From Oikopleura dioica (Eukaryota > Animalia > Chordata), in contig OU015568.1 of assembly GCA_907165135.1 (NCBI GenBank), positions 6,820,001-6,884,000 of the forward strand: 64,000 nucleotides of DNA, written 5' to 3'. The notes below the pieces were generated by a model, which saw nothing but the letters and a program-made list of their open reading frames with translations, ran no database searches and was not told the origin of the DNA. Of this stretch, positions 21,887 to 33,800 are shown in pieces. How positions within the stretch are numbered: position 1 is the first letter of the stretch; each line of letters starts with the position of its first letter. The translations under genes were made by a program, and so were the position numbers.

Positions 21887-24141
21887 ATGCCAAAAAAGAG
21901 AGTTGTGAGAAACTTTGGTACTTATTTATTTTCGTCTGGGCTCTTCTTGATCAATTGTAAGTACAAAGAATTGTAGGTACGAACATTTAGTCTGAAATTA
22001 TCATTATCGCCTATCGATGATAATAAATGAGCGCTAGAATATGGATTTTCTTTAGTTTATAACTTTTGGCTGGAGTGCTCTGGATGAAATTTACCGAGAC
22101 AATGGCTTTTATTCATCTGGATGTGAAGTTAACGATGATGATAAACTCAGTGATACAAATCGATTTTGTCCAAGTCAAAGCGCAGCGATTGAAAATATTA
22201 TGGTTCTTGGTGGCGGTCTTTGTGAAGTTTTTATGTTTATTGGAGGAGTTTTAAGAGATCACCTTGGATTTGGACCGACTATACTGATCACCAAATCACT
22301 TCTGACAATTTCCTACGTTCTCCTCGCTAATGCTCGACCGGGAGTCTCAGATGTTCTACTGTATGGATGGGTGCTGCAATATGGCATCGCTTCTATTCTA
22401 CTTATAGTATATTTTCAACTAGGAAGACTTTTCGACAATCCCAGCATTTTTATGTCGCTGCTGATGACCATTAACACTCTGGGCACTTTTGTTCCCGAAC
22501 TATGGAAGTATTTATACATCGAATTTGGCGTCACTCCACAGAATATGGCTTCGATTTTTGCTTCAATCACAGCAATTTCCATGGTTTTTTCGGTTGTATT
22601 TATGCCTTGGTATAATGTGAAGACAAAAACATCATTCATCACTCTTCTAGGTCCGGGTTTCTTTTTATAACTACTTGGGACTTAACTTACTTTGGGAACC
22701 CTGCTGCTTTCGCTGAATTTTGAGTTTAAAGTGAAATCCGACATCAGAAATTCTGAAACAAAAGCTTCCCTTGATTGAGTATTCACAAAGAAAGATGTTA
22801 AACTCATCAGAAATCGAGGAAGACTCAACCTCTTCTTGGCAAAAATACCGAGTTTTCCTCAATCCCAACTACTTTGCGGGTATGTCCGTCTTCGCCTGTG
22901 GCAATTTCATAAATCATACTGTTCTGGCATTAATGACGGAGATCATACGTAAGTTGATTTCTGATGGCTTTTAACCAGGTTCGATTTAAGAGAAGAATGA
23001 TGAAAAAATCCTCGAAAAGGGCTCAACAGTCTCTCAGGTCAACACCCAATTCAACATCTCCAGAATTGCTTTTGGTTGCCTTCTCAAATTCTCTTTTGGA
23101 CTCTTGGTTACCTTCACCCAAAAAAAACTCTCCGGCGGCGACAAGAACTTGATTCCCTTTTTCCTTCATTTGGTGGCGTTGACGTTGTGTATTGTTGGGC
23201 TTGAAACCGCTCATACACTTGAAGGAATGTGGACTCTTTTTGTTGCCTTTGGTATGCTTCAAGCAACGCCGTATTTCTACTACTATCAAATCATAATGCT
23301 TTGCTTTCCATTCGATACTCATGGATTTGGAATAACCTCACAGGCAGAGTTGCAAATTTGGCTATATTTTCGCTGAGCTGAGCTGAGCTGAGTGAGAAAT
23401 TCTCTGAGCTGAGCTGAGCTGGCCTATTTCGGAGCTCACTGAGCTGAGCTGGCCATTTTCAGAGGTCATTGAGCTGAGCTGAGCAGACCTTTTTTAAGGT
23501 AGTTGAGCTGAGCAGACCCTAATTAGAGCTGAGCTGAGCTGAGTGAGCTGATTTGAGCCAATTTTTACTGTTTTTTAGTAGTGAAATTATGTTAAAATCA
23601 TTGAGCTGAGCTGAGCTGAGCTAAATGATACTTGTCTGAGCTGAGCTGAGCTGAGCAGAACAGATCATATTCGAGAATAATTGAGCTGAGCTGAGCTGAG
23701 CTGAGTGATTATTGTCTGAGCTGAGCAGGTAAATTCATTTTCGAAAATCAGTGAGCTGAGCTGAGCTGAGCGACTGCTCAACTCACTCAGCCAGCTCAGC
23801 TCACTCAGCTCAGCAAATTTGCAACTCTGCTCACAGGACCTTATCGGAGCCTTTTTCAATTTTCTTGGCTATCCCATAGTATTTGCTTATGAAAAAACAG
23901 CAAATTTTGATGCGTTGAAGCAAGGCGTTTGGATCTGTGGATTTATTGGTGCTCTGGTATGTATAATTTATATTTAGTTTACTCTAATAATTATTAGCCA
24001 CTCATTCTGCACTTGCCATTTGCATTTGAAATTGGGCCAAAATGGTTCCTGAAGTTGGACGAAAGAAGAAAGCAAAAGATGAATGCTGAAGCTAGTAATT
24101 TATGTCATGAAATGCAAGAAAGCAATAAAGAAATACTGTAA
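21887..24141 (+). CDS. SLC43 (LAT3/LAT4)-like MFS transporter
   Basis: FGWSALDEIYRDNGFYSSGC matches the SLC43 pattern GWGSL...EGFYSS-C. FPFDTHGFGITSQDLIGAFFNFLGYP matches FP..hFG.ltG.QSLISAVF..LQ.P. Multiple TMs. The phase of the first junction is unresolved, and the frame needs removal of the 23344-23836 insertion. Confidence 0.8.
23345..23829. mobile_element. hAT-family GAGCT MITE inserted in a coding exon; predicted GC-AG intron 23344-23836
   Basis: Same TIRs as the 21180 copy. Perfect 8-bp TSD CTCACAGG (23337-23344 and 23830-23837). Confidence 0.93.
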
Positions 24142-24359
24142 CAGATTAAGGGCAAATTAATTTTATTGAAACATTTTTATGTTTTCAGACGATTTTGTAA
24201 AGAGATTGGACGATGATGGCGGCGATAGTTAAAACGAAAAAAGCAAATGCGCCCCCACACATCCACTAAGTTTATGGTCAAAATGATCGTGCTCGTAAAA
24301 AGGCCTACTACTTCTACGCTAGTGTGGGTTAATAACGGTACTCGATGATCGACAGGTCA

Positions 24360-24967
24360 TTATTGACCACAATTCATCAGGCGTGTGCACTCGCATTTTT
24401 TCCTTCTTTCGGCGTGTTTTTTGCGACGTATTTGCTCCGGTCCTTTTGCGAATTCCTCGGAAAGAAACAGTTGTTCAGGGAAAGAAAATGCTCTGCAACT
24501 TACCTCAGTTGTGAGATCTGTCCTTTGGCACCAGAGTGAGTAGGAGCTTGTTCGTCGAACGCAGATATTTACCGTGTGATCCAGTTCCCTGAGAAGCTGT
24601 CTGACGAAATCGGCATGCTAGGAAGAAAGTGATACTTTTTTCCCACTCGACATCGAAAAATTTTCTTACCCGAGTACTACAGGGCGTGTTGTCAATAGAA
24701 AGAATAATGTCGCCCTCTCGAAGAACCTCTAATCTTGGAATCATCAGACTAAGCCCTCTGTATATTCTATCTGCTGATTCCAAACTCATAACAATAGCTT
24801 GTGCAAACTCGTTTATATGCGACACAACAACACTAAATACAAAATAGATTGTTGATTGACCATTTTTCCTACCCGCTTGGGGAATCTTCAACGTCAAATC
24901 CGAAAACTTTCACTCCAAGCTTTATCGAAGTTCTCTTTACTGTAAAATGCTGAATATAACAGGACAT
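24360..24967 (-). CDS. Single-PDZ-domain protein, tandem copy A
   Basis: MSCYIQ...KLGVKVFG...VVSHINE...VLREGDIILSIDNTPC. Exon structure shared with copy B. Carries an extra 63-nt insertion. Confidence 0.75.
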
Positions 24968-25257
24968 ACTAATTTTGAGGAAAGACGAGTTCGCTATGGT
25001 TCTTCAAGGGCTAAAACAAGCGAATCGTAAAAGAAGAGGATTAAATCTTGAAGGATAACATTTTAGTCGACTGAACCTGCAAGAGCAGCTTTTTAGTCTA
25101 AGACTTTCGACTTTCTATTAAACTCAAAATTTATTAGAATCCAACAAAAATTGAAACACAAACAAGAATTATTAGGAAGATAGTAAAGACAATGCCGCCA
25201 ATCCACTGGCCTTCTGGTCAAAATTATTTCAGATATTTTTAATTTTATAAATACAAG

Positions 25258-25784
25258 TTAACATCTTTGACCACGAATCAAACAAGGAGTCCACACTTCC
25301 TTCCAGTTCGGTTTTGCTTTCTTCTTTCCTTCGCTCATGGGCCCTTTTGCGAACTCCTAAAACAAACTCAGTACAAGTAAGATCGGACTAGAAAAGGACC
25401 TCTGTTGTAAGATCATCTCTTTGGCACCAGAGAGAGTACGAGCTTGTCCGTCGAACACAAACATGAATTGTTCCATCTGTATTTTTCAGAGTGTTTCTGA
25501 CAAAGTTGGCATCCTTCAAAGTCTTGGTTAAATTCGCGTCTCGTGTTTTTACCTGCGTACTACAAGGCGTGTTATTTATGGATAGAATTATGTCGCCTTC
25601 TTGCAAGACTTCAATAGCATGTGCATTTTCGTTAATATGCGAAACAGCAACGCTAAAACATATAAACGCAACTCTCTCAAACCTCGTACCCATTTGTGGT
25701 ATTTTCAACATCAAATCCGTATATTTTCACTCCCAATTTGATCGCCTGTTTCTTTACTTCAAAGCTCTGAATATAGCAGGACAT
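25258..25784 (-). CDS. Single-PDZ-domain protein, tandem copy B
   Basis: Spliced product KLGVKIYGFDVENTTNGVAVSHINENAHAIEVLQEGDIILSINNTPCSTQDANFVRNTLK follows the PDZ pattern. Confidence 0.8.
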
Positions 25785-26145
25785 GATAATTTACTAAAAA
25801 AAAAAAAAATTGAACAAAAATAAACAACGCCGTTTCTGGCAGTTAGACTCCTCTAATCGTAAAAAAAGGGATTATATTTTAAATGTTAATATTATAAGAT
25901 TATCGCTGTCAGTCGTGGAGCGAAAATGATTTTTGGTATTTCTTCCGGGGTGTTCGAATCCCGACGATGACACTTTTTTTCGCTTCAAAGAAGAAAATTT
26001 CGCATTCCAAAAACAGCCGCGCGCTGATTGGCCAGAGCGCGCGCCCTTGCAGATCGATCCACTATTTTTTCAATTTCTCGATTCTAGAGACGCTTTATTT
26101 CCGAATTTTCAGAGATTCGTGGGAAGAACGAAAAGAGATGAAATA

Positions 26146-28944
26146 ATGTCCGAAGCCGGCTGCGAAGAACTGGAACACAAATTAGAAACATTCGTCGAAA
26201 CAGTTCGTCAAATCGGAATCATCGTCCACGATTTTCAACCAAATAGCCAAACAGTTTTGAACAGAAAACTCGAAGAAGTTGTCAAAGGAAAAGGGTTTTA
26301 TTGCTTTTTTATACAGTTTTTTATTGTTTGATTTCCAGTAAGAAAAGAAAGTCTACTCGTGATTTCGATAATTGACTGGAGGACCTTTTTCGTTCGCTCG
26401 TTCCAAAAACGGCTTGCTGAAGATTTCAATAAGCCGATTGACCCGTTCTCCGACAGTTTTAGTACAGTCATCTCCAGAGCAAACATTTTTCTTCATGTTC
26501 ATAAGGGTTGCGATTACGATTACCAAAATGATCAGAAAAACGACTGTCAGGACGATTTTTTGAACTGTTCCGTGAGCTAAAAAGTGTTAAACAGCGGTAA
26601 AAGAAAGTAAAAATACCTTTTCGATTGGCTCTTTTTTGAGCTTCGACGAGATCTTCAGGGTCCCAGCCGGTAAATTGGCAAATGTACTTGTTCTCGATTT
26701 CTTGATCGTCTCCTAGCCACTCGTGGTAAGTTATTTCCTTATTATCTTCGTCCTCGGTCTTTCAAAAAAGTCTCCAATCATCCCTTTTTGATAGTTTTTT
26801 CAAAAGATTGGACACCTTCCGTAAAAGTCATGAGCATTTCGACCATTTCGCTCATCGAAAATGCTTGTAGTTGATGATTTTGAATCCCTCCAGCTTAAAA
26901 TATTCCATAAAATTTGGCCCAAATTTTGTCCCCTTACAAATTTGGTACGTCTCAATCCATCTTGAAAGCTGTTGCACAAGTTCTACCTTGTGCATGGGCA
27001 CATCAGGAAGCCATCCAGCCATATCAGCTGGATTGTCCGGTGTACCAGTTCTTATCACCATTTTTCAGGGATCTCACCAGGGCTGGTAAATTAGCGCACT
27101 ATTTTCTCTCGAAGAAAAAAAAATTAGCGCACTAATTATTTTTTAGAGACATTTTCGCGTCTTTCGCGCCTTAAGTGCACTAAAATGACACTAATTTTTC
27201 CTCTTGGGGAAATTAGTGACTTTTCGAGAGCCGATCAGCACTAAAGACGCGAAAAAAGAGGCTCTTTCTCATCATCCAATAGGATGATAGTCCCGGATCT
27301 CTTCCCGGATGATAGTTTCATGGAAGACGATTTTGATCAGGGAAGAATTTCTTCAAACTGAAACTGCTAGATATATAAAAATCAATGCATCGTAAATATG
27401 ACACAATTTAATTTGAAAAATATTACTTATTTAGTAACAAATAAGTTGAAAAAAATAAAAGTCAACTTGTTATTGAAATTGTTATCAAATATTGTAGTTC
27501 GGGGTCTGAAGATCATATTTATGATAAAATATGGGTTGATGTAAACAAGAAAACGGGTCTACGGCCTCTCACCCAAAAATGGGTCGATATGCGTTCCGGG
27601 AAAAATCTATTTCATGCGTTCCGGCGTTAAGAGCTCTTCTCAGTATCTTTATTCATAGAATCATATTTATTTCATAATTTAGAAGGGAGGTCTCCTCCTA
27701 AATTCACGCTTACTTCCTTGATTTCTTAATTTAAGGGGCTTGACGGCCCTTCAATCTCAGTTCTGTCCCCAACCCCATCGTTTAAAAAATTAAATTTTCT
27801 TACAGTGAGTTGCGCAGGTAGTTGCCCACTAAAGTGCGGGTGAAGGGGCAACCAATCCTGCAATCACTTTGAGCGAGTCTAGAAAGGAACAATAGAAAAA
27901 GCGCGTATATAATAATATATAATAAATTTTATTTTGTTAATAAAGAATTATATCAACAATTCGCACAAGGCTCCTCCAGCTGCAGACTTTTGAGGACACC
28001 GAAATTAGTCGAACAATGACAAGAAGAAGATTGACAAGAAAGGGAAAAAGCAGGAATAACAAGCTGCGGATGGCCCTTCAATAAAAAAAATTAGGGAGAA
28101 GACCTCCCTAAGAAAGCTTATCTTAGGCTAAAAGTCTAAGCTTATCATTCAAATCCAGCACAAAAAGAATTGCAAACTAAAGTTGAATTGTATTTTTCCC
28201 TATATAATATAGGCTATATTTGTTACTTTATATTTATAAAGAAAATTAACAAATGAATTGACAAAGTCTTTTTTGACTTTATATTCAAATTCTCGCCCTC
28301 AATTACCCAATCCACTTTTTTGAAACCAAACTTTTTGAATTTCTAATATTTGCGAAGTTTGAAATTCTCAAACTCACGTATTCTTTAGAATTAAAGAGCC
28401 CGCGCTCATTGGCGGGCCAATCAGCAGCCCTTATTTTCGACACTTTTCGAGACACACGCGAAAGAGACGCGAAAGTCACTAAAGTCTCGACAAAATAAAT
28501 TCGCGCACTAATTTTAGTGCACTAAAAATTTTCGACAGATTTTAGGACGCGAATTTACCAGCCCTGGATCTCACAACTGAACCTCGAACATAATCAGTTT
28601 CATAAACAGTAGATATTATCTAGAAACTTTCGAAAACCCCTTCCAACAGGCCTGAAAGACATCGATCAAGCAAAGAACAAGGTCAACAGAAACGTTCCAG
28701 TCGAAGTTCTTGACTACATCGACAAGGGACAGAATCCATCTTTGTACACCAAAAAGTGCCTGGACCGAGCGCTTCAGAGCAACGAGCATATCAAGGTAAA
28801 TCATAATCGAGGACGATCTATCATCACTTCTTCAAGGGAAAACTCGAAGTTCTGGGCGAGTTCCGAACTGAATTAGCGAAGCAATTGAGCCACGTCTACC
28901 CGAAAACGCTTGAAGTCTACAAAGAGCATCGAAAAGACCTTTGA
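26146..28944 (+). CDS. MED10: Mediator of RNA polymerase II transcription subunit 10
   Basis: LEHKLETFVETVRQIGIIVHDFQP...; VPVEVLDYIDKGQNPSLYTKKCLDRAL; GKLEVLGEFR. First intron 26288-28649 is GA-AG and about 2.36 kb. Confidence 0.92.
26353..27061 (-). CDS. Putative antisense gene or pseudogene fragment nested in MED10 intron 1 (single TM near the C-terminus)
   Basis: The last two exons (...QKRANRK | AHGTVQKIVLTVVFLIILVIVIATLMN...) join via a clean GT-AG intron. The upstream exons cannot be joined cleanly, and a hAT element sits at the 5' side. Confidence 0.4.
27078..28566. mobile_element. Non-autonomous hAT element, about 1.49 kb
   Basis: Perfect 15-bp TIR CAGGGCTGGTAAATT. 8-bp TSD GATCTCAC (27070-27077 and 28567-28574). 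AT-rich interior with no transposase ORF. Confidence 0.92.
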
Positions 28945-28946
28945 AG

Positions 28947-30609
28947 ATGCTGAAAGGCGGCTTCAAAATCCAAGGCAAGAAGGGGGCAAAAATCCAGAAA
29001 CTGCAAACCAATGCTTTTGAAAAAGTTGAATCAACGAAAAATGACGCTGTCGCGATAAAAGATATTGACGAAAAGGGTTTGAAAATCAAAGAAAAGGAGG
29101 AGGATTTGGTCATTCCATGCATCAAGGTTTGAATTCAAGGTAGAATTATACTGGTTCTAAAAATCTTCAGGTAAATCGGTGGAAAGGAGGTGCAGGAAAC
29201 AAGCGAAAAGCTGGGGTAGATCTTGGAGCAGAAAATGCGAACAAAAAACAATTCAAAGATGAAGTTATGGATGAAGCTGCGAAAGCAGTTCTACAGGATG
29301 CAAATCGATTCCTAGAAGGTAGAGTGGGGTTCAGTCGGTTGGGGAACTAACGGTTGATTTAGTTCAAGAAGAAAACAAGGGAGATAATTTGAATATTCCA
29401 TTGATGGCGATTAACAGAGTGCCAGAAGGTCAGGAAGCAGAGACTGGAACATTGAGGGTTGATGCTAGAGCGGATGTTTCAAATTTAGACGATTATGATG
29501 CAGTTCCTATTGGTAAGATTTTGTTCGAAAAGCATTCTGCTAAATATTTCCTTTAGAAAAGTTTGGTCTTGGGATGCTCCGAGGAATGGGCTGGAAAGAA
29601 CAAGTAGGAATCGGCAAAAACAAGCAAAAAATTGAAGAAATTCGACCAACAGTCAGACCAAAGGGACTTGGTCTTGGAGCAATTCCTGCTGCCATGAAAA
29701 AGGCGCAAATAAGGGAAGACAATAAGAGTCAAAATAATCTTGAGGTTTGTTTCTTACCGAAATTCTTTAGCTAAACCATGTTTTTCAGATGAGAAAAGGA
29801 GCATTTGTTGAGATCATCGATGGGCCTTACAAAGGAAGATATGGAAAAGTCACTTCTTTAGGGACGGGTTAAACTCTATTCTGGTTGATAGAATCAACAA
29901 AGTTTTTCGGGTTTTAAACCTTGAAAAAGATGGAGATCTTGGCCGTGTCACCGTCCAATGGGCCCTTGGAAAGCATGGAGAGCCTTCTGAGGTCCTCGAA
30001 GGTTTCACAAAAGTCGTTTCGAAGAAAGAATACGACGACTGTGGGAAAGATATCTCCCTCGCCAACAAGGACAAAATCGAAAAGAAGAGAAAAGCTGACG
30101 AAAGAGCGCGAAAAGTCGAAAAGCTCAAGGAAAAAGCTGTCAAGTAAGATTTGAACTTTTTTTCGTTAGATATTTAGTTTTTATTCAGACCAGAAGGAGT
30201 TAAATGGTGCCATCATGGATTAATTGTCAAGTTTGTCGGCAACAAAGACTCAAAGCATTACAAGAAAAAGTACGAAGTTCGAAAAAGTGTGGCTAGAGAT
30301 GAAATTCATGCTAGAAGTCTGCTAACTGACAGGATTTCTGAATTTGATGAACGAGACTTTGGTGAGTTTTCCCCCCTTTATCCATCACCAACCTTTTTTT
30401 CCCTAGAAACTGTGATCCCAAAGAAAACCGGTTCCGTAATGATGGTGATTGCTGGATCAATGAAGGGCGAGTTTGGCAAGATCATCGACCGAGACGACAA
30501 AAAAGAAACTGTTCATCTCGAGCTTTTCAACCTGCGGCGCGACGTCGAGCGCTTCAAATTTGACAATGTTTGCGAGTTCAATGCTCTTGCTGCCGATTTC
30601 GAAGATTAA
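28947..30609 (+). CDS. GPKOW: G-patch and KOW domain protein (SPP2/MOS2 orthologue)
   Basis: G-patch EKFGLGMLRGMGWKEQVGIGK...RPKGLGLGA. KOW motifs VEIIDGPYKGRYGK and ETVIPKKTGSVMMVIAGSMKGEFGKII. Confidence 0.9.
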
Positions 30610-30803
30610 AAAAAGTTTTCCCTTCTTTCTGCTTTACTATTCTTTATTGACAAGAAAATTTATTGTGACTAGTTTATTAAAATTACCAAATTTAAACTGA
30701 AACCTGCCCATTTTCGTCTGCGCCTTTTCCGTGCCTATTTTTAAATGAATACAATTATCGCAACAGAAAATTAAAACAAATCTTCAAATCTCAGAGTTGA
30801 ATA

Positions 30804-33800
30804 ATGAGTGACTCGGACGCTAGTTCCGATGACGAGCGCCCAACGAACTTGGCCTCGTCTGGGTCTGATTCTGAGCCGGAGCCAACTAGAAAAAGAGCGA
30901 TCGAGGACTCCGACGATGATGACGAGGACAAGGCTGAGGAAGAAGAAGAAGAGGAGGAAGAGATCGAAGAGGTAAGGCAGCATCTTCCTTATATAGAAAC
31001 TTTTTGTCGGAAAACAAGAAAAATGTCTGCAAAACTGCTTATTTCTAGCCGAGGCCGAAGAAAAAGCGAAAGAAGCGACGAGACAGAGTGAGGGAATTTT
31101 TCGACGACGGCGCAGACGTCGCCTCGTCTGACGAAGATAGCGAGGGAGACGGATATGGCTTCGAAACGGAACAAAAAGAAGCGGAAAATCTTGAGGAAGA
31201 GATTTACAAAAACTCCCGTCTCAATCGTAAGTTATCTAATTAAAATAATTTATTTGATGGACATGTGGGTGTACACGTATTCTTTGTCGAGGAGACTGGT
31301 GAATTGCTCGATGTTCATGGAGGTGAAATCGCTCGTGTCTTTGTTCCCCTTTCGCGTGTTTCCTTCGTAGATCATTCGTTGAGCGATGCTTTCTGAAATC
31401 GATAATATTTTCCGGTTTTTTATGAACTTACTAATGGTTGAAATGCAGACTTTATTGCCCATCATATGCCGGAGCAAGATGACAATGTCGTCGCGTGTTA
31501 TCTGACCATCGCTGTTTACATCGAACATTTCGTAAATAAGCGCAATTTTCTTTTTGATCAGCTCCTTCTTTTCCTCCGGATTTCGCGATTTTCGGAAGGT
31601 CGCTAGAATAAGTTCACTAGAGTAGAAAACAGCCCCGGCGAATACCGATAACTTTGCAAAAGCGCATGAAATCACAGTGCCCAGTATCTGTATGCAGGAA
31701 CATCTCAATGACTTGTTCGCCAAGGACATTGTGACAAAGTCCATTTATCCCGTGAAAATCCATCGTGTCCAAATATCGCTTGTGGCATCGATCGAGTGAG
31801 CCGAACCGTCTGTAAGGCTTGACCATTTTACTTTTAATCTTATTTCATTAAAAAGAGCCTTTCCGGAAGAGGTAATCGACATCTTTGGGTGAGAAACCAG
31901 TTTGCTTGATAACTTCTTCTCGGATCCCAGCGTAGTAGGAGTTGTAAAAGTGTCCGTCAGATAACGAAGCTAAACATTCGATAATCAATCAGGCTAATTA
32001 ATAATCTTGATTTAATTACTTTTTGGGAAATACCGCGAAGATCTTCTCCCAATGCTCAAAAGCCCAGTCAACACTGTGACAATAAGAATAGAGAAGAGCG
32101 CTTCGTAAAGCATCGTTATTTTCTCTTTGAAATGAAATTCCGAAGTAAGAATAACTGATAATGATCTAGAACAACGATACGAGGATGTTGACGAAGCTGA
32201 GATTTTGGCGCGGCTCGAGGAGCGCTACGCCGCTCCAGCTGGAACCGCTGATCGTCGACAGGAGTACGACAGTTTCGTCGACAATGATATCTCTGAGAAC
32301 CAGCTTCTTCCTGACGTCCACGACCCCAACTTGTGGATTGTCAAATGCGTTATTGGCACAGAAAGGTAAAATTTATTGAAAAATGTCGTTTAATATCAAT
32401 GTCTTTCAGGGAGAATGCGCTGAAGTTGATGAAGAAGTTCATCTTCCAACAGAGCAAGGAATCCCCGTTGCAGATCAAGTCCGTTGTCGTTCCTGAATCG
32501 GCCAAGGGATTCATCTACATCGAAGCATTCAAGCGGACTCATGTCAAACAAGCTGTGGAAGGCATCAATGCCTTGCGTCCTGGCGTCTATGAGCAGCAAA
32601 TGGTTCCCAACACAGAAATGAAGGATGTCTTGCGAGTCATCAAGACCCAAGCTGCTCTCAAGGTACGATCAGAGCATCAATATTTTCTTTTAAAAGCTTT
32701 GTAGGAAGGCATGTGGGTGAGAATGAAACGAGGAATCTACAAAGACGATTTGGCGCAAGTAGATTATGTTGAGGATTCGCAAAATCAAGTTTGCGTCAAA
32801 ATGGTGCCTCGTATCGACATGCAAAAGTTCCGAGGCTTCCGAGCGAGTGAGAATAAATCGAGAAGTAGAGCGAACGCGAGGCCACCACAAAAGCTCTTCA
32901 ATGAGGATAATATTCGGTAGATTGTCCGCTTATTCACCGCTTGAATTTGTTATTCAGAGCTATCGGTGGAGAATTCACTAACGATGGTGACTTCCTCATC
33001 TTCGAAGGAGCTCGATACTCGCGAAAAGGTTATCTGTACAAGACGCTCAAGATGGACCTGATTCAAATCGAAGGAGTAAAGCCAACTTTGTCCGAGTTGG
33101 AAAAATTCGAAGATGATCCCAACAGAGCCGATGTCGATTTTGAACCTATGTAAATGCATTTAGAAAAGGCCGTGATTTTTAAAACAATTGTAGGAGTAAT
33201 AAATCAGGCCGTTCGCACAACTTTGCGCCGGGAGATATGGTCATTGTTGCTGAAGGAGAACTGGCATATTTGGAGGGTAAAATCATCTCCATTTCTGGCA
33301 ACAAAATCACGATGATGCCAAAGCACGAGGATTTAAAAGAAGCGCTAGAGTTTCCAGCGAATGAGCTGCGAAAAAATTTCAAAGTTGGAGATCATGTCAA
33401 GGTCATTACGGGAAGATATGAGGACGAAACTGGTCTGGTTGTTAGAGTTGAGGATACTGTCGTTGTTGTCTTCAGGTATTCTGATGAAAAGAGGTTATCG
33501 GTTGATAGAGCGGAATTCTAGTGACACGACAATGCACGAGCTGAAAGTGCGCCCAGAAGATCTTCAGGCATGCACAGAGAAATCCTCTGGCGTCGACAAG
33601 ATGGGAAAATTCAAGCTCGGAGATATGGTGCAAATTGACGCGCAAAATGTTGGAGTCATTGTCCGCCTTGAAAAGGAGGCGTTCCAAATTCTTAACCAAA
33701 GAGTAATTCCATTTCTCAATTGTGAAGCAAATTTAATTGCTCCTTTGTAGGGTAAAGTGGAGCGATTCCGATCGGCGACGATTCAGAGACGGAGAGACTC

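Noticed and set aside
21180-23829. GAGCT arrays as CRISPR or immunoglobulin switch-like repeats
   Set aside because: There is no repeat-spacer structure and the context is eukaryotic. The arrays are bounded by TIRs and 8-bp TSDs, so they are hAT MITE interiors.
27078-28566. Autonomous transposase inside the 1.49-kb hAT element
   Set aside because: No ORF of useful length or DDE motif in the interior.
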